DNA of 63,059 bases, filler included. It is 7 parts of 7 records of this genome, joined end to end, with 100 filler letters (N's around TTAATTAATTAA, not from the genome) between each part and the next. Parts side by side here need not be neighbours in the genome. Positions count along the whole stretch, not along the records: positions 7,465 to 23,812 come from SRR31156797_36549; 6 more parts are not named here. One strand, written 5' to 3'. Shown here piece by piece: positions 9,465 through 22,813 of this stretch. Below the pieces are notes generated by a model. It was given only the letters and a program-made list of their open reading frames with translations. It had not been told where the DNA came from and searched no databases. The stretch's first letter is position 1, and every line of letters begins with the position of its first letter. The position numbers and the translations under genes are program-made.

Positions 9465-9695
<231 letters not shown>

Positions 9696-9728
9696 TCGGC
9701 ACCGTTTATTAAGAAAGAGGATTAAGCA

Positions 9729-10178
9729 ATGCAAGTTATTCTACTTGATAAAATCGGTAACCTAGGTGGTCTTGGCGATACAGTTAACGTTAAATCTGGT
9801 TACGCTCGTAACTTCCTTATCCCACAAGGTAAGGCTGTAATGGCAACTAAAGCTAACGTTGAAATGTTCGAAGGCCGTCGTGCTGAGCTAGAAGCTAAAG
9901 TTGCTGAGCAACTAACTGCTGCACAAGCACGTGCTGATAAAGTTGAAGCTCTAGAAGCTGTTGTTATCACTTCTAAAGCTGGTGACGAAGGCAAACTATT
10001 CGGTTCTATCGGTACTCGTGACATCGCTGACGCTATCACAGCGGCAGGCGTTGAAGTTGTTAAGAGTGAAGTTCGCCTACCTGAAGGCGCTCTACGTAAC
10101 ACTGGCGAGTTCGACATTAGCGTTCAACTTCACTCTGAAGTTTTCGCTGAAGTTAAACTACAAGTTGTTGCTGAGTAA
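9729..10178 (+). CDS. rplI: 50S ribosomal protein L9
   Basis: MQVILLDKI...GYARNFLIP. Confidence 0.98.
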   Translation: MQVILLDKIGNLGGLGDTVNVKSGYARNFLIPQGKAVMATKANVEMFEGRRAELEAKVAEQLTAAQARADKVEALEAVVITSKAGDEGKLFGSIGTRDIADAITAAGVEVVKSEVRLPEGALRNTGEFDISVQLHSEVFAEVKLQVVAE

Positions 10179-10198
10179 TTTCAGTACATCGATGATTC

Positions 10199-10227
10199 AA
10201 AACACCAGCTTCGGCTGGTGTTTTTTT
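10199..10227. terminator. Bidirectional intrinsic terminator
   Basis: AAAACACCAGC-TTCG-GCTGGTGTTTTTT. Confidence 0.9.
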
Positions 10228-10233
10228 ATGTCT

Positions 10234-10998
10234 TCAGAAAATAAACAACAGGCTGATGGAGAAGATACTGTCGGATTTGCTTAGTCCTTCCGGAACTTTA
10301 TCGTGATACTGTCTAGATTGGTTAATTTTCAGTGCAATATCTTCAGTAATGTTGTTGGTTACACTGATGTCCGTATCCCACATCGAGTTACTTTTACCCG
10401 TAATATGTGTCGCATCGATACCGAACTTTAGATTGTCGAGAAGCTGCCAGTAACCGCGAATATTGGTTCGAAATATGGGTTCTTGAACTACGTCAGGAAA
10501 CACAATGTCATCGTCATCTATCTCATCCAGGTTCGGCTCTTGGTAGCGATAACCAGGACCTAGCTCCACTTCTAGCAACAGCTCTTTGCTGTTTGCAACC
10601 TGATAACCTAAACCACCTGACACAGTATAATCTTTAAAGTATGCCGTGTACTGAGAATCCATCCCTTTAAAGCTACTGTATAAATAGGTATCAGTACCCA
10701 GTTTGTAGTCACTCTGCAAGGAGTAGGTTGATTGACGTTTGGTCTCTTTGCCATTTTTTTCTAAGCGATAGAATTTTAAATCACCGTTAGTACGGTATCG
10801 TCCAGAAGTGTACTCAGTGCGTAAGCGCGAGTTAAGTGATTCAGAAGTGGTGTTCCCCGAGTGAGCCTGATAGCCAAACTCTACCTGAGTATCCCATGGT
10901 GACGGTATCTCGATTTCCTTTTCTTTGTTTGCATCTTCCTTTGCATAAGCTGCATTTGCTAATAGCAAGCCAATACTAAGAAGCCAAAATTTGGACAC
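10234..10998 (-). CDS. DUF481-family outer-membrane beta-barrel protein
   Basis: Signal peptide; SGNT and GGLGYQ motifs; C-terminal Phe. Confidence 0.75.
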   Translation of the reverse strand: MSKFWLLSIGLLLANAAYAKEDANKEKEIEIPSPWDTQVEFGYQAHSGNTTSESLNSRLRTEYTSGRYRTNGDLKFYRLEKNGKETKRQSTYSLQSDYKLGTDTYLYSSFKGMDSQYTAYFKDYTVSGGLGYQVANSKELLLEVELGPGYRYQEPNLDEIDDDDIVFPDVVQEPIFRTNIRGYWQLLDNLKFGIDATHITGKSNSMWDTDISVTNNITEDIALKINQSRQYHDKVPEGLSKSDSIFSISLLFIF

Positions 10999-11307
10999 AA
11001 ACTACCTCAGGAAAATCAATTTGGGCGGCAAATGATAAGTGCCGCTGATATATGTTTAGTCAGATTGAGGTTAATTCTGCATGAGTAGGCGGTTAATGTA
11101 GAGTATAGAAGATGAAAATAGGAAGAATCCTAGGTTTGTCGATGAAAATTGACCTCAAAAAAGCTGGGAGAGAACAATAATTTTAGTCTTACATTATTCG
11201 CTTTAGTTATGTGACTACATTTCTTCGACACCTGACCCTTGCTCAGCCTCGCATATTGAATCGACTTGGGTATAATAAACGGTCGTTAAAAAGTATTGAG
11301 TAAAATC

Positions 11308-12720
11308 ATGGCAGAACCACGTACAGAGAATAGAAATCGTAAACCGTTAGATGCACAAGTTGATGCCATCAAAGTTCCACCTCATTCACTGGAGGCTGAA
11401 CAATCTGTTATTGGTGGCTTGCTGCTGGATAATGAACGCTGGGATACGGTTTCTGAACGTGTGGTTACTTCAGACTTTTATAGTCGTCCTCATCGCCATA
11501 TTTTTGATGCAGTTAAATCAATTCTTGAAGCAAGTAAGCCACTCGATTTAATTACGCTTTCAGAGTTTTTAGAACAGCGTGAACAGCTTGAAGATGTGGG
11601 TGGTTTCGCTTATTTAGCGGATCTCGCCAAAAACACGCCCAGTGCTGCCAATATCAATGCCTATGCAGAAATCGTTGCTGAGCGTGCCCTCGTTCGCAGC
11701 TTGATTGGTGTCGCTAATGAAATCGCTGATGCGGGCTATGATCCACAAGGACGCAGTTCGGAAGATTTGCTTGATCTCGCGGAAAGTAAAGTTTTCGCCA
11801 TTGCCGAAGCTCGTACCAATGAAAATGAAGGCCCCCAGAATGTCGATAGCATTCTAGAAAAGACTCTAGAGCGTATTGAGATTCTGTATAAGACTCCACA
11901 AGACGGTGTGACCGGTGTCAATACTGGCTTTTCAGATCTCAATAAGAAAACGGCAGGTTTACAGGGTTCGGATTTGGTGATCGTAGCGGCACGTCCGTCG
12001 ATGGGTAAAACTACGTTTGCGATGAACCTGTGTGAAAATGCGGCGATGGAACAAGATAAACCCGTTTTGATTTTCTCTTTAGAGATGCCTTCCGAACAGA
12101 TCATGATGCGTATGCTGGCGTCCCTCTCTCGCGTTGACCAAACGAAAATTCGTACCGGTCAGTTGGATGATGAGGATTGGGCGCGTATCTCTTCTACCAT
12201 GGGTATCCTGATGGAGAAGAAGAATATGTATATCGATGACAGCTCAGGCCTAACTCCAACTGAGGTGCGTTCTCGTGCAAGACGTATTGCTCGTGAACGT
12301 GGTGGTTTGTCGCTGATTATGGTCGACTATCTGCAGTTAATGCGCGTACCTTCTATGTCAGATAACCGTACATTAGAAATCGCGGAAATCTCCCGCTCTC
12401 TTAAAGCATTAGCTAAAGAGTTGAATGTACCTGTTGTGGCGCTTTCACAGCTTAACCGTTCCCTAGAGCAACGCGCCGATAAACGCCCAGTAAACTCGGA
12501 CTTGCGTGAGTCAGGCTCTATCGAGCAGGATGCCGACTTAATCATGTTCATCTATCGTGACGAGGTTTATAACCCAGATAGTGCATTGAAGGGGACGGCA
12601 GAAATTATTATCGGTAAGCAGCGTAATGGTCCTATCGGCTCTGTACGCCTGACTTTCCAAGGTCAGTATTCTCGTTTTGATAACTATGCCGGGCCTGCAT
12701 TCGATTTCGACGACGAGTAA
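11308..12720 (+). CDS. dnaB: Replicative DNA helicase
   Basis: PPHSLEAEQSV, ARPSMGKT, DYLQL, SDLRESGSIEQDAD; no intein. Confidence 0.98.
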   Translation: MAEPRTENRNRKPLDAQVDAIKVPPHSLEAEQSVIGGLLLDNERWDTVSERVVTSDFYSRPHRHIFDAVKSILEASKPLDLITLSEFLEQREQLEDVGGFAYLADLAKNTPSAANINAYAEIVAERALVRSLIGVANEIADAGYDPQGRSSEDLLDLAESKVFAIAEARTNENEGPQNVDSILEKTLERIEILYKTPQDGVTGVNTGFSDLNKKTAGLQGSDLVIVAARPSMGKTTFAMNLCENAAMEQDKPVLIFSLEMPSEQIMMRMLASLSRVDQTKIRTGQLDDEDWARISSTMGILMEKKNMYIDDSSGLTPTEVRSRARRIARERGGLSLIMVDYLQLMRVPSMSDNRTLEIAEISRSLKALAKELNVPVVALSQLNRSLEQRADKRPVNSDLRESGSIEQDADLIMFIYRDEVYNPDSALKGTAEIIIGKQRNGPIGSVRLTFQGQYSRFDNYAGPAFDFDDE

Positions 12721-12779
12721 TAATCTACACCTTTCTATCCTATACGGGGTAGCATTCGCCCCGGTGACATTGTTGTGAT

Positions 12780-12814
12780 AAAAAAACAGCAGATTTTTGA
12801 GCCTGCTGTTTTTT
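12780..12814. terminator. Bidirectional terminator between dnaB and yjbQ
   Basis: AAAAAAACAGCAG...CTGCTGTTTTTT. Confidence 0.75.
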
Positions 12815-12816
12815 GT

Positions 12817-13236
12817 TTATTCCCCTTGAATCGTCGCGACAATTCTTCGTTTTCCACCGTGATTTCGGTGTTCTCCTAAGTAAATACCTTGCCATGTTCC
12901 TAAAGCTAATCGTCCATTGCTAATCGGGATTGTGATACTTGAACCTAACAACGACGCTTTAATATGCGCAGGCATATCGTCATCGCCTTCATAGGTATGA
13001 ACATAATAAGGCGCGCGTTCTGGAACGAAGTGATTGAAGTGCTGCTCCATGTCTGAACGAACGGTAGGATCGGCATTTTCATTGATCGTTAAGCTTGCTG
13101 AAGTATGCTGGATAAACAGATGTAATAAGCCAACGGAAATTTTTTTCAACTGAGGCAGTTGCTGTTCGATTTCATCGGTGATCAGATGAAAGCCTCGCGA
13201 GTATGAAGGCAGATGAATGTTGGTTTGAGTCCACAT
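12817..13236 (-). CDS. yjbQ: YjbQ family protein (secondary thiamine-phosphate synthase)
   Basis: [36 protein letters not shown]. Confidence 0.92.
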   Translation of the reverse strand: MWTQTNIHLPSYSRGFHLITDEIEQQLPQLKKISVGLLHLFIQHTSASLTINENADPTVRSDMEQHFNHFVPERAPYYVHTYEGDDDMPAHIKASLLGSSITIPISNGRLALGTWQGIYLGEHRNHGGKRRIVATIQGE

Positions 13237-13488
13237 AGGTTGAGGTCCAGAATCTATTTGGCAAACCGCTAGTTTAGCGTTAAGGTGAGCCACTTGCGAT
13301 AGTAATTATACGGGCAACCGCTTCGCTTTACTGACTTAACTCAAAGCGAGCTATTGCAGGTTAGTTCATAATTACGCACTGAAAATTTACCACATTTTTT
13401 GCTACTCTTGTTGGTAGCCTTTTGCTTTTATTTTTATTAATCGGGGATCCAACAATCTAACCGTGCTCCTATTGAGAACACCGTCTAA

Positions 13489-15183
<1,695 letters not shown>

Positions 15184-15224
15184 TAGAAGTGAAGCCTATG
15201 ACGAGAGTGATGGGCTTTAAAAGT

Positions 15225-15255
15225 AAAAAAGGCTGATGCGATGCATCAGCCTTTT
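15225..15255. terminator. Bidirectional terminator between pgi and cheX
   Basis: AAAAGGCTGATGC-GAT-GCATCAGCCTTTT. Confidence 0.85.
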
Positions 15256-15271
15256 CAGTTTCTGAGTAAAC

Positions 15272-15733
15272 TTATTCGAAACAGATTTCGATGAAGGCAT
15301 TACCCCATTGCGAAGAGAAAGGCATGATAATGATAGAGCCTTCACACTAGTGACGAATGGTGTGACCTTTGCCTGACACCACGACGGGTGTTGCCATATC
15401 GAAGTCGAAGCCACTTTCAGCAAGAATGCGCTTTGCTCCGCCTGTGACCATGTTGGTGATTTCACCAACCATATCCGTCACTTCCTCGTTCAGCCCATTA
15501 GGGCGTTCACCTAACATGTTCTGCATGATTTCTAACGCTAAGTTTTCGTCGAATGTGATCGACATAGAACCGCGAGTTTGAGTACCAACCATACCGATCA
15601 GGCCAGAAATATCTCCACGAGCAATCTCATCCTTCTTTAGACGAGGCTTTTGAGGCTTCAGTTCAAGAGAAGCCATCGTTTTTAAAACGTTCATTAAAGA
15701 CGCTAGAAACGGGTTTACAAATTCAGCGCGCAT
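15272..15733 (-). pseudogene. cheX: Chemotaxis phosphatase CheX interrupted by an in-frame TAG at codon 129
   Basis: MRAEFVNPF...GEITNMVTG; the frame continues past the TAG (15349-15347) as CEGSIIIMPFSSQWGNAFIEICFE*, the normal Vibrio CheX C-terminus. May be a sequencing error. Confidence 0.8.
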
Positions 15734-15760
15734 AACCTTCTTCTATTTGGTTCAATATTT

Positions 15761-16210
15761 TTACTTAGAGGAACACGTTCGACATACACCATGCGATTCA
15801 ATCACATGATTAGCGATTTTAAAACCGTGCTGCTCAGCATTCTGTTCTAGTTGAGCAATCAAACTATCATTCTGTAGTTCTACGACATTACCACATTGAT
15901 CGCAAATTAATAGCTGCGAAAAGTGCTTATGGGCATTGCAAGAGCAACAGGAAATAAAGCTATTTGTTGACTCAACTCGGTGAATAAACCCTTGCTCCAT
16001 TAAGAAGTCTAAAGCTCGATAAACCGTTGGTGGTTTTGCTTGGGGTTCACTCTTTTTTAATTCATCCAATAACTCGTAGGCACTTGACGCTTTTTCGCTG
16101 GAACAAATAAGCTCAAATACTCTTTTGCGTTGAGAAGTGAGTCGAACACCTCTTGCTGCACAAAGTTCTTCTACTTGTTGGGTTAGATTTGTGTCCAATT
16201 CTATCACCAT
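15761..16210 (-). CDS. zur: Zinc uptake regulator
   Basis: Fur family: PPTVYRALDFL, CDQC...CRTC; Vibrio synteny. Confidence 0.92.
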   Translation of the reverse strand: MVIELDTNLTQQVEELCAARGVRLTSQRKRVFELICSSEKASSAYELLDELKKSEPQAKPPTVYRALDFLMEQGFIHRVESTNSFISCCSCNAHKHFSQLLICDQCGNVVELQNDSLIAQLEQNAEQHGFKIANHVIESHGVCRTCSSK

Positions 16211-16630
16211 ATTCGTTGGACGTTAGGACCCAAAGTCCCAACACATGATATACCACTTCCTTAGTGAATACAGAGCTATTGGCTAAGATTGTGTCACCAC
16301 GCAACTCTGAAGTGGATATCTATAACATAATAGATAAGTGCTAACTTACCTTATATCGAGACAAAACGGTACTATATAACAATGCTTCGAGATGCTAGCG
16401 ACAAAATTTCATGCATTTTAACCATTATAGTTGGGTTTTTAGGGGCTTTTTGTGAATCTTACCTTAGCTCTGTGTATAATCTCGGCTCTTTTGAGATGTG
16501 AAGCGAAGGGAAGCCGTTTTGCATAGTTGGTGGGCTCTAGCAAAGAATGTTTTCTTGGCTGAATCCGAAACGCCAGAGTTTTCTGGCTGTAAAAATTACT
16601 TCATCACGCGACCTAAACTAGATATTGACC

Positions 16631-17638
16631 ATGACTACAGCTAAAAATACGCCAAACTTTACAGCGAACCGCCTTTCCGTAGCCCCGATGCTCGATTGGA
16701 CTGATCGTCATTGCCGCTACTTTCATCGTTTAATGACCTCTCAGACGTTACTGTATACTGAAATGGTTACCACTGGTGCGATCATTCATGGGAAAGGGGA
16801 TTTCTTAGCTTATAACCAGGAGGAACATCCGGTTGCACTTCAGCTAGGTGGTTCTAACCCCGTTGATCTTGCTCATTGTGCAAAGCTAGCTCAGGAGCGT
16901 GGTTATGATGAAATCAACCTTAACGTGGGTTGCCCTTCCGATCGTGTTCAAAATGGCCGCTTTGGTGCATGCCTGATGGCTGAACCTCAGTTAGTTGCTG
17001 ACTGTGTGGCTGCGATGAAAGATGTGGTTGATGTCCCTGTTACTGTAAAAACACGTATCGGTATTGATGACCAAGATTCCTATGAGTTTTTAACCGACTT
17101 TATCACCATCGTTTCAGAGAAAGGTGGCTGTGAGCAGTTTACGATCCATGCTCGTAAAGCTTGGTTAAGTGGTTTAAGCCCGAAAGAGAACCGTGAAATT
17201 CCGCCGCTAGACTACGATCGTGCCTATCAAATTAAGAAAGACTTCTCGTACCTTAATATCGCGGTTAATGGTGGAGTGAAAAGTTTACAAGAAGCGAAAG
17301 AGCATTTAACGCATTTAGATGGAGTGATGATTGGGCGTGAAGCTTATCAAAGCCCGTATATCCTCGCTGAAGTGGATCAACAAATATTTGGCTTGGATAC
17401 GCCAGTTAAAAAGCGTTCGCAAATCATCGAAGAGATGTTCCCGTACATTGAGCAGCAACTTTCTCAAGGAGCATATCTGGGCCATATTACTCGTCATATG
17501 TTGGGATTATTCCAAAGTATGCCTGGGGCTCGTCAATGGCGCCGACACATCAGTGAAAACGCTCATAAGAAGGGCGCGGGTCTGGAAGTCGTAAAAGACG
17601 CACTGGCTAAGATTCCATACAAAGAGTTGGATGTGTAA
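16631..17638 (+). CDS. dusA: tRNA-dihydrouridine(20/20a) synthase
   Basis: [22 protein letters not shown]. Confidence 0.96.
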   Translation: MTTAKNTPNFTANRLSVAPMLDWTDRHCRYFHRLMTSQTLLYTEMVTTGAIIHGKGDFLAYNQEEHPVALQLGGSNPVDLAHCAKLAQERGYDEINLNVGCPSDRVQNGRFGACLMAEPQLVADCVAAMKDVVDVPVTVKTRIGIDDQDSYEFLTDFITIVSEKGGCEQFTIHARKAWLSGLSPKENREIPPLDYDRAYQIKKDFSYLNIAVNGGVKSLQEAKEHLTHLDGVMIGREAYQSPYILAEVDQQIFGLDTPVKKRSQIIEEMFPYIEQQLSQGAYLGHITRHMLGLFQSMPGARQWRRHISENAHKKGAGLEVVKDALAKIPYKELDV

Positions 17639-17766
17639 ATTTCACCACTAGTTGGTGTTTTTTACCTATTCGTTTAATGAAGAGTCAGTTGGAATTGTCC
17701 GTCTGGCTCTTTTTGTTAATAGATTCAATGGATTAGTTGTTGGTAATAGTTGGAATGAAAACTGCA
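17634..17766 (+). promoter_or_regulatory. Sigma54 promoter of pspG with putative PspF sites
   Basis: TGG-AATGAAAACT-GCA (GG at 17752-3, GC at 17764-5, 10-nt spacing); upstream GTAAATTTCACCA and TGGTGTTTTTACC resemble PspF activator sites. Confidence 0.65.
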
Positions 17767-17793
17767 AAGTAGAGTAAAAGAGGAGAGTGAGTC

Positions 17794-18003
17794 ATGTTCG
17801 AGATTATTTTCATTCTAATATTTGTTGCTACTTTGCTGGTCACGGGTTTGACTCTGATGAGTGTGTTCGCCGCGATTGGCTTATCATTGCTGGTAATGTT
17901 TGTGCTAGGTATGTTCGGAATGGCCTTGAAGCTATTGCCATGGATTATACTGATAGCGTTTGTTGTGTGGGTATTCCGTCAAGGAAATCGAGCGCCGCGT
18001 TAA
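17794..18003 (+). CDS. pspG: Envelope stress response protein PspG
   Basis: MFEIIF...KLLPWI hydrophobic 69-aa protein after dusA; AGGAG RBS. Confidence 0.85.
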   Translation: MFEIIFILIFVATLLVTGLTLMSVFAAIGLSLLVMFVLGMFGMALKLLPWIILIAFVVWVFRQGNRAPR

Positions 18004-18088
18004 ATGTTATGATTATGCGTTTTCTAGCATAGGGAATATGCTACTATCACGTTTATTAGCTAGTGATAAAATATGGGAGCAATATAGG

Positions 18089-18754
18089 ATGAGTAAACCT
18101 ATTGTAGCCGTAATTACCTCTGTATTGATGATAGGAGCGGCTCCTGCATGGTGTGCCGATTCTATGTTCAGTGTTAAAGCTGGTGCAGATATGTGGTGGC
18201 CAAGCACGAAAATTGATAATACGCGTCGTGATGATGCGAATGCTCCGGTATTCAGTTTGGCACTTGATCACCAACTTCCTTATTTGCCAAATATGAGTGT
18301 TCGCTATACCAATGTTGATGCGGATTACGCAACATACGACAAGTATGATTACACCTTCTATTACAACATTTTGCACCGAGAATTGATGACATTTGATGCC
18401 GGGGTCAGTATGACTCAATACGCAGATAGTGATTATCAAGCTCAAGATGCTCAGCATTACTCATTCAATCAAATGACTTTTAATTGGTATGCTTACGCAG
18501 ATCTTTCGATTCCCAATACTAATTTTGACATCATAGGTCAGTTTGAGTTTGGTAATAGCGATGGAATAAAAAGTTCAGATGTTATGGCTGGGGTGCAATA
18601 TGTTCTTCCATTATCAGCGGGAGACCTATCCATTCGAGGTGGCTACCGGGTGATTGATTTGGAATTTACCGATTTAGCCACGAACTCGTTAGACAATAAA
18701 ATGTCCTATATCTTTGCTGATGGTTGGTTCTTGGGCACTCAGTTTAGATTTTAA
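18089..18754 (+). CDS. Outer-membrane beta-barrel protein (TIGR04219-like)
   Basis: Signal peptide; DYTFYYNI and GGYR motifs; C-terminal GTQFRF. Confidence 0.7.
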   Translation: MSKPIVAVITSVLMIGAAPAWCADSMFSVKAGADMWWPSTKIDNTRRDDANAPVFSLALDHQLPYLPNMSVRYTNVDADYATYDKYDYTFYYNILHRELMTFDAGVSMTQYADSDYQAQDAQHYSFNQMTFNWYAYADLSIPNTNFDIIGQFEFGNSDGIKSSDVMAGVQYVLPLSAGDLSIRGGYRVIDLEFTDLATNSLDNKMSYIFADGWFLGTQFRF

Positions 18755-18773
18755 AATAGATAGAATTCCAGAT

Positions 18774-18800
18774 AAAAAGCCACGCGAGTCGTGGCTTTTT
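18774..18800 (+). terminator. Intrinsic terminator
   Basis: AAAAAGCCACG-CGAGT-CGTGGCTTTTT. Confidence 0.85.
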
Positions 18801-18905
18801 CGATTTTATCTTCGTCTCCAATATTTATTTCTTATTGTTATATAGCACTTGATGATAATTAGGCCATGCTTAATGAGTGGACTGAGCTAAGTGAGAGTGC
18901 AAGGA

Positions 18906-19136
18906 ATGACAATCGCAGAACTGAGAAATCTATATCGCGAAAAAAAGTTAGTGGAAGCGATTATTGAACCGTCTTCTCTGGAGGGCTCATGGATTGTTGA
19001 ATTTCGCCACCAGGAGGGCGGTTTTGTGCTGCTAACCAATGCGAGTGGGGAAGAGTGTCACTATGCGGACTTGGACTTAGCCTCTAAATCTGCAATGGCG
19101 GTAGGCTTTAAACAGGTGAGGGTTGAATCGATATAA
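18906..19136 (+). CDS. Small hypothetical protein
   Basis: 76-aa ORF with plausible composition upstream of cysJ; function unknown. Confidence 0.65.
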   Translation: MTIAELRNLYREKKLVEAIIEPSSLEGSWIVEFRHQEGGFVLLTNASGEECHYADLDLASKSAMAVGFKQVRVESI

Positions 19137-19253
19137 GTTGGTTATTTCACCTTCTTACTTCCAAAAAGTTATAAAACATGCTCATCTATTCTTTCTTGTT
19201 ATTAGAGAGAGTGGTTAATCTATCGTCACGCAATGAATAAGGAAGTCGTGACA

Positions 19254-21080
19254 ATGTCTTCAGGAAACTCCATACCAAAAGAGCTGGTTAATCTAACTGG
19301 CCCACTTAACGACTCGCAGTTGAGTCAACTGCAACAAACGGTTTCACAACTCTCACCTCAGCAACTTGCTTGGGTGAGCGGTTATTTTTGGGGCTTAAGC
19401 CAAACTCAGGCGGGCGGTGTTCAATCTCCTATTGTCCAAGCCGCTGCTGCTGCGAAACCAGATAGCAAGCTAACTATCATTTATGCATCTCAAACAGGTA
19501 ACGCGAAAGGGGTTGCTGAAGCGCTTGAACAAGAAGCTCAAGCCGCCGGCGTTGCTGTTCGCTTGTTTGATGCGAGTGATTATAAAGGCAAAGACCTTGC
19601 TAAAGAGACGCACGTCATTTTTGTTGCTTCGACCAATGGTGAAGGTGAAGCTCCGGATAATGCACTTGAACTGCATGAGTTTTTACAATCTAAGAAGGCG
19701 CCTAAGTTACCTAACTTAGAATACGGCGTTATTAGTTTAGGTGACTCTAGCTACGAGTTTTTCTGCCAAACCGGTAAAGACTTTGATGCGTTCTTGGAAA
19801 AGTTGGGTGCGAAGCGCTTTATCGATCGCATTGATTGTGATGTTGACTACGATGCTCCAGCTGCAGAATGGCGTGCCAAAGCACTGGAAGTGGTTAAAGA
19901 GTCTTTAGCAAGTAACCAAGCGGAAGTGGTTCAACTACCCGTTGGACAAGTTGCCTCTTCACACTCACAGTACACTAAACAAAATCCATATACGGCAACC
20001 TTGTTAACCAGCCAAAAAATTACTGGCCGTGATTCAGGTAAAGATGTTCGTCATATTGAAATTGATTTAGAAGAGTCCGGTATCACTTACCAACCCGGTG
20101 ATGCCCTCGGTGTTTGGTATGAGAACAGCTCTGAACTTGCGAATGCTATCGCAGGCGCAGTTGGACTTTCTGGCGTAGAAAGCATTGATGTCGATGGTGA
20201 AAGCCTATCGGTTCACAGCGCTTTAGTCAGCAAATATGAAATTACCGCATCGAACCCTCAGTTCGTTACCAAGTTTGCTGAACTCTCTGGTAGTAAGAAA
20301 CTACAAAAGCTGGTGGAAGATAAAGACAAGCTTCGTGAATATTCTGCTAACACTCAAATTATTGATGTTTTAAAAGAGAAGAAAACCAAGCTGTCAGCGG
20401 AAGAACTCGTCTCTCTATTACGCCGCTTGACTCCTCGCCTGTATTCTATTGCGTCTAGTCAATCTGAAGTGGATGAAGAAGTTCACTTAACGGTTGGCAT
20501 CGTGGAGTATCAACAAGGTGACGAAGTTCGCCTAGGTGGCGCATCAAGCTTCTTAGGTCAAAGACTGGAAGAAGGGGATGAGTTGAAAGTGTTTATTGAA
20601 CACAACAACAACTTCAAGCTACCACAAGACGACTCAACACCAATCATTATGGTTGGCCCTGGTACAGGTATTGCGCCATTCCGCAGCTTTATCCAAGAGC
20701 GTGAAAACCGCGATGCGGAAGGAAAAAGCTGGTTGTTCTTTGGTGACCGAACTTTCACACAAGACTTCTTGTATCAAGTTGAGTGGCAAAAATATCTTAA
20801 GTCTGGTGCTTTAAGCCGTTTAGATGTTGCATTTAGTCGCGACCAACATGAAAAAGTCTATGTGCAGCACCGAATTCTGGAACAAGCTGAGCAAGTTTGG
20901 CAGTGGCTGAAAGATGGTGCTTATATCTATATCTGTGGTGATGCTACCCGTATGGCTAAAGATGTCCATGAAGCATTAGTGATTGTTGCTGAGCAACAAG
21001 GCGGCCTGACTCGTGAAAAGGCTGAAGAATATTTAAATGAACTTCGTAAAGCGAAACGTTACCAAAGGGATGTTTACTAA
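19254..21080 (+). CDS. cysJ: Sulfite reductase (NADPH) flavoprotein subunit
   Basis: SQTGNA flavodoxin motif; [24 protein letters not shown]. Confidence 0.97.
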   Translation: MSSGNSIPKELVNLTGPLNDSQLSQLQQTVSQLSPQQLAWVSGYFWGLSQTQAGGVQSPIVQAAAAAKPDSKLTIIYASQTGNAKGVAEALEQEAQAAGVAVRLFDASDYKGKDLAKETHVIFVASTNGEGEAPDNALELHEFLQSKKAPKLPNLEYGVISLGDSSYEFFCQTGKDFDAFLEKLGAKRFIDRIDCDVDYDAPAAEWRAKALEVVKESLASNQAEVVQLPVGQVASSHSQYTKQNPYTATLLTSQKITGRDSGKDVRHIEIDLEESGITYQPGDALGVWYENSSELANAIAGAVGLSGVESIDVDGESLSVHSALVSKYEITASNPQFVTKFAELSGSKKLQKLVEDKDKLREYSANTQIIDVLKEKKTKLSAEELVSLLRRLTPRLYSIASSQSEVDEEVHLTVGIVEYQQGDEVRLGGASSFLGQRLEEGDELKVFIEHNNNFKLPQDDSTPIIMVGPGTGIAPFRSFIQERENRDAEGKSWLFFGDRTFTQDFLYQVEWQKYLKSGALSRLDVAFSRDQHEKVYVQHRILEQAEQVWQWLKDGAYIYICGDATRMAKDVHEALVIVAEQQGGLTREKAEEYLNELRKAKRYQRDVY

Positions 21081-22813
21081 TGAGCACTAAGATCGAAAAT
21101 AATAGCCAAGAAGTATTGGGCGAAGTGCTTGGTCCTCTTTCGGATAACGAGCGTTTAAAAAGAGAAAGTAATTTTCTACGTGGCACGATCGAACAAGATC
21201 TGCAAGATCGTATTACTGGCGGTTTCACTGCGGATAATTTCCAGCTGATCCGCTTCCACGGTATGTATCAACAAGATGACCGTGATATTCGTAATGAACG
21301 TACTAAGCAAAAACTAGAACCACTGCATAACGTGATGTTACGTGCTCGTATGCCTGGCGGTATTATTCAGCCGAAACAGTGGTTAGCGATCGACAAGTTT
21401 GCAACTGAGCATACGATGTATGGAAGTATTCGTTTAACCACCCGTCAAACGTTTCAGTTCCACGGTGTGTTAAAACCGAATATCAAGCTAATGCACCAAA
21501 CTTTGAACAGCATTGGTATCGACTCAATTGCTACCGCTGGTGACGTTAACCGTAACGTACTGTGTACCTCTAATCCGGTCGAGTCTGAATTACATCAGGA
21601 AGCTTATGAGTGGGCTGCTAAGATCAGCGAACATTTGCTACCAAAAACTCGTGCTTACGCAGAAATTTGGTTAGATGGTGAGAAAGTCGAAACTACTGAT
21701 GAAGAGCCTATTCTGGGCAGTACTTATCTGCCACGTAAGTTCAAAACGACAGTCGTGATACCACCACATAATGACATTGACGTTCACGCCAATGACCTTA
21801 ACTTTGTCGCCATTGCCGACAATGGCAAGCTGGTGGGATTCAATGTACTTGTTGGTGGTGGTTTGGCGATGACACATGGTGATACGTCAACGTACCCTCG
21901 CCGAGCTGATGACTTTGGTTTTATTCCATTGGAGAAAACATTAGATGTTGCTGCTGCGGTTGTAACGACACAACGTGATTGGGGCAACCGTTCAAACCGT
22001 AAGAATGCAAAAACCAAGTACACTCTAGACCGTGTAGGCATTGATGTTTTTAAAGCTGAAGTAGAAAAACGCGCAGGTGTTGCGTTTGAAACGAGCCGTC
22101 CATTCGAATTCAAAGAGCGTGGAGATCGTATTGGTTGGGTAGAAGGCATCGACGGTAAGTACCATCTTGCTTTGTTTATAGAGAATGGTCGTTTGTTGGA
22201 TTATCCGGGTAAACCGCTTAAGACGGGTGTGGCAGAGATTGCGAAAATCCACCAAGGTGATTTCCGTATGACAGCAAACCAAAACTTAATCGTTGCTGGT
22301 GTGCCTGCTGAACAAAAAGAGCTTATCGAAAAGATTGCTCGTGAGCATGGCTTGATGGATGACTCTGTTAGTGAACAGCGCAAGAACTCAATGGCATGTG
22401 TCGCCTTTCCAACTTGTCCATTAGCGATGGCTGAAGCTGAACGCTTCCTGCCTTCTTTCGTGACGGAAGTCGAGAGTATTCTGGAGAAACATGCCCTACC
22501 TAAAGAAGACAACATTATTCTTCGAGTGACTGGTTGTCCGAATGGTTGTGGTCGCGCAATGCTTGCGGAGCTAGGGTTAGTTGGTAAAGCACCGGGACGT
22601 TACAATTTGCACTTAGGTGGTAATCGAGCGGGTACTCGAGTTCCTAAAATGTATAAAGAGAACATTACTGAACAACAAATCTTGGAAGAGATTGATCAGT
22701 TAGTGGGTCGTTGGGCTAGTGAACGTGAATCAGGTGAAGGTTTCGGTGATTTCACAATCCGTGCTGGCATTATTGAAGAAGTGATTATTTCTAAGAGAGA
22801 TTTTTATGCCTGA
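21080..22813 (+). CDS. cysI: Sulfite reductase hemoprotein subunit
   Basis: [26 protein letters not shown]. Confidence 0.97.
   Translation: MSTKIENNSQEVLGEVLGPLSDNERLKRESNFLRGTIEQDLQDRITGGFTADNFQLIRFHGMYQQDDRDIRNERTKQKLEPLHNVMLRARMPGGIIQPKQWLAIDKFATEHTMYGSIRLTTRQTFQFHGVLKPNIKLMHQTLNSIGIDSIATAGDVNRNVLCTSNPVESELHQEAYEWAAKISEHLLPKTRAYAEIWLDGEKVETTDEEPILGSTYLPRKFKTTVVIPPHNDIDVHANDLNFVAIADNGKLVGFNVLVGGGLAMTHGDTSTYPRRADDFGFIPLEKTLDVAAAVVTTQRDWGNRSNRKNAKTKYTLDRVGIDVFKAEVEKRAGVAFETSRPFEFKERGDRIGWVEGIDGKYHLALFIENGRLLDYPGKPLKTGVAEIAKIHQGDFRMTANQNLIVAGVPAEQKELIEKIAREHGLMDDSVSEQRKNSMACVAFPTCPLAMAEAERFLPSFVTEVESILEKHALPKEDNIILRVTGCPNGCGRAMLAELGLVGKAPGRYNLHLGGNRAGTRVPKMYKENITEQQILEEIDQLVGRWASERESGEGFGDFTIRAGIIEEVIISKRDFYA

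Noticed and set aside
15347-15349. cheX TAG as a pyrrolysine codon
   Set aside because: The contig is Vibrio-like; no pyl genes or other in-frame TAG codons appear in that segment.
16631-16720. dusA 5' end as an island integration site
   Set aside because: The gene is intact, the zur-dusA-pspG order is normal and no integrase is present.
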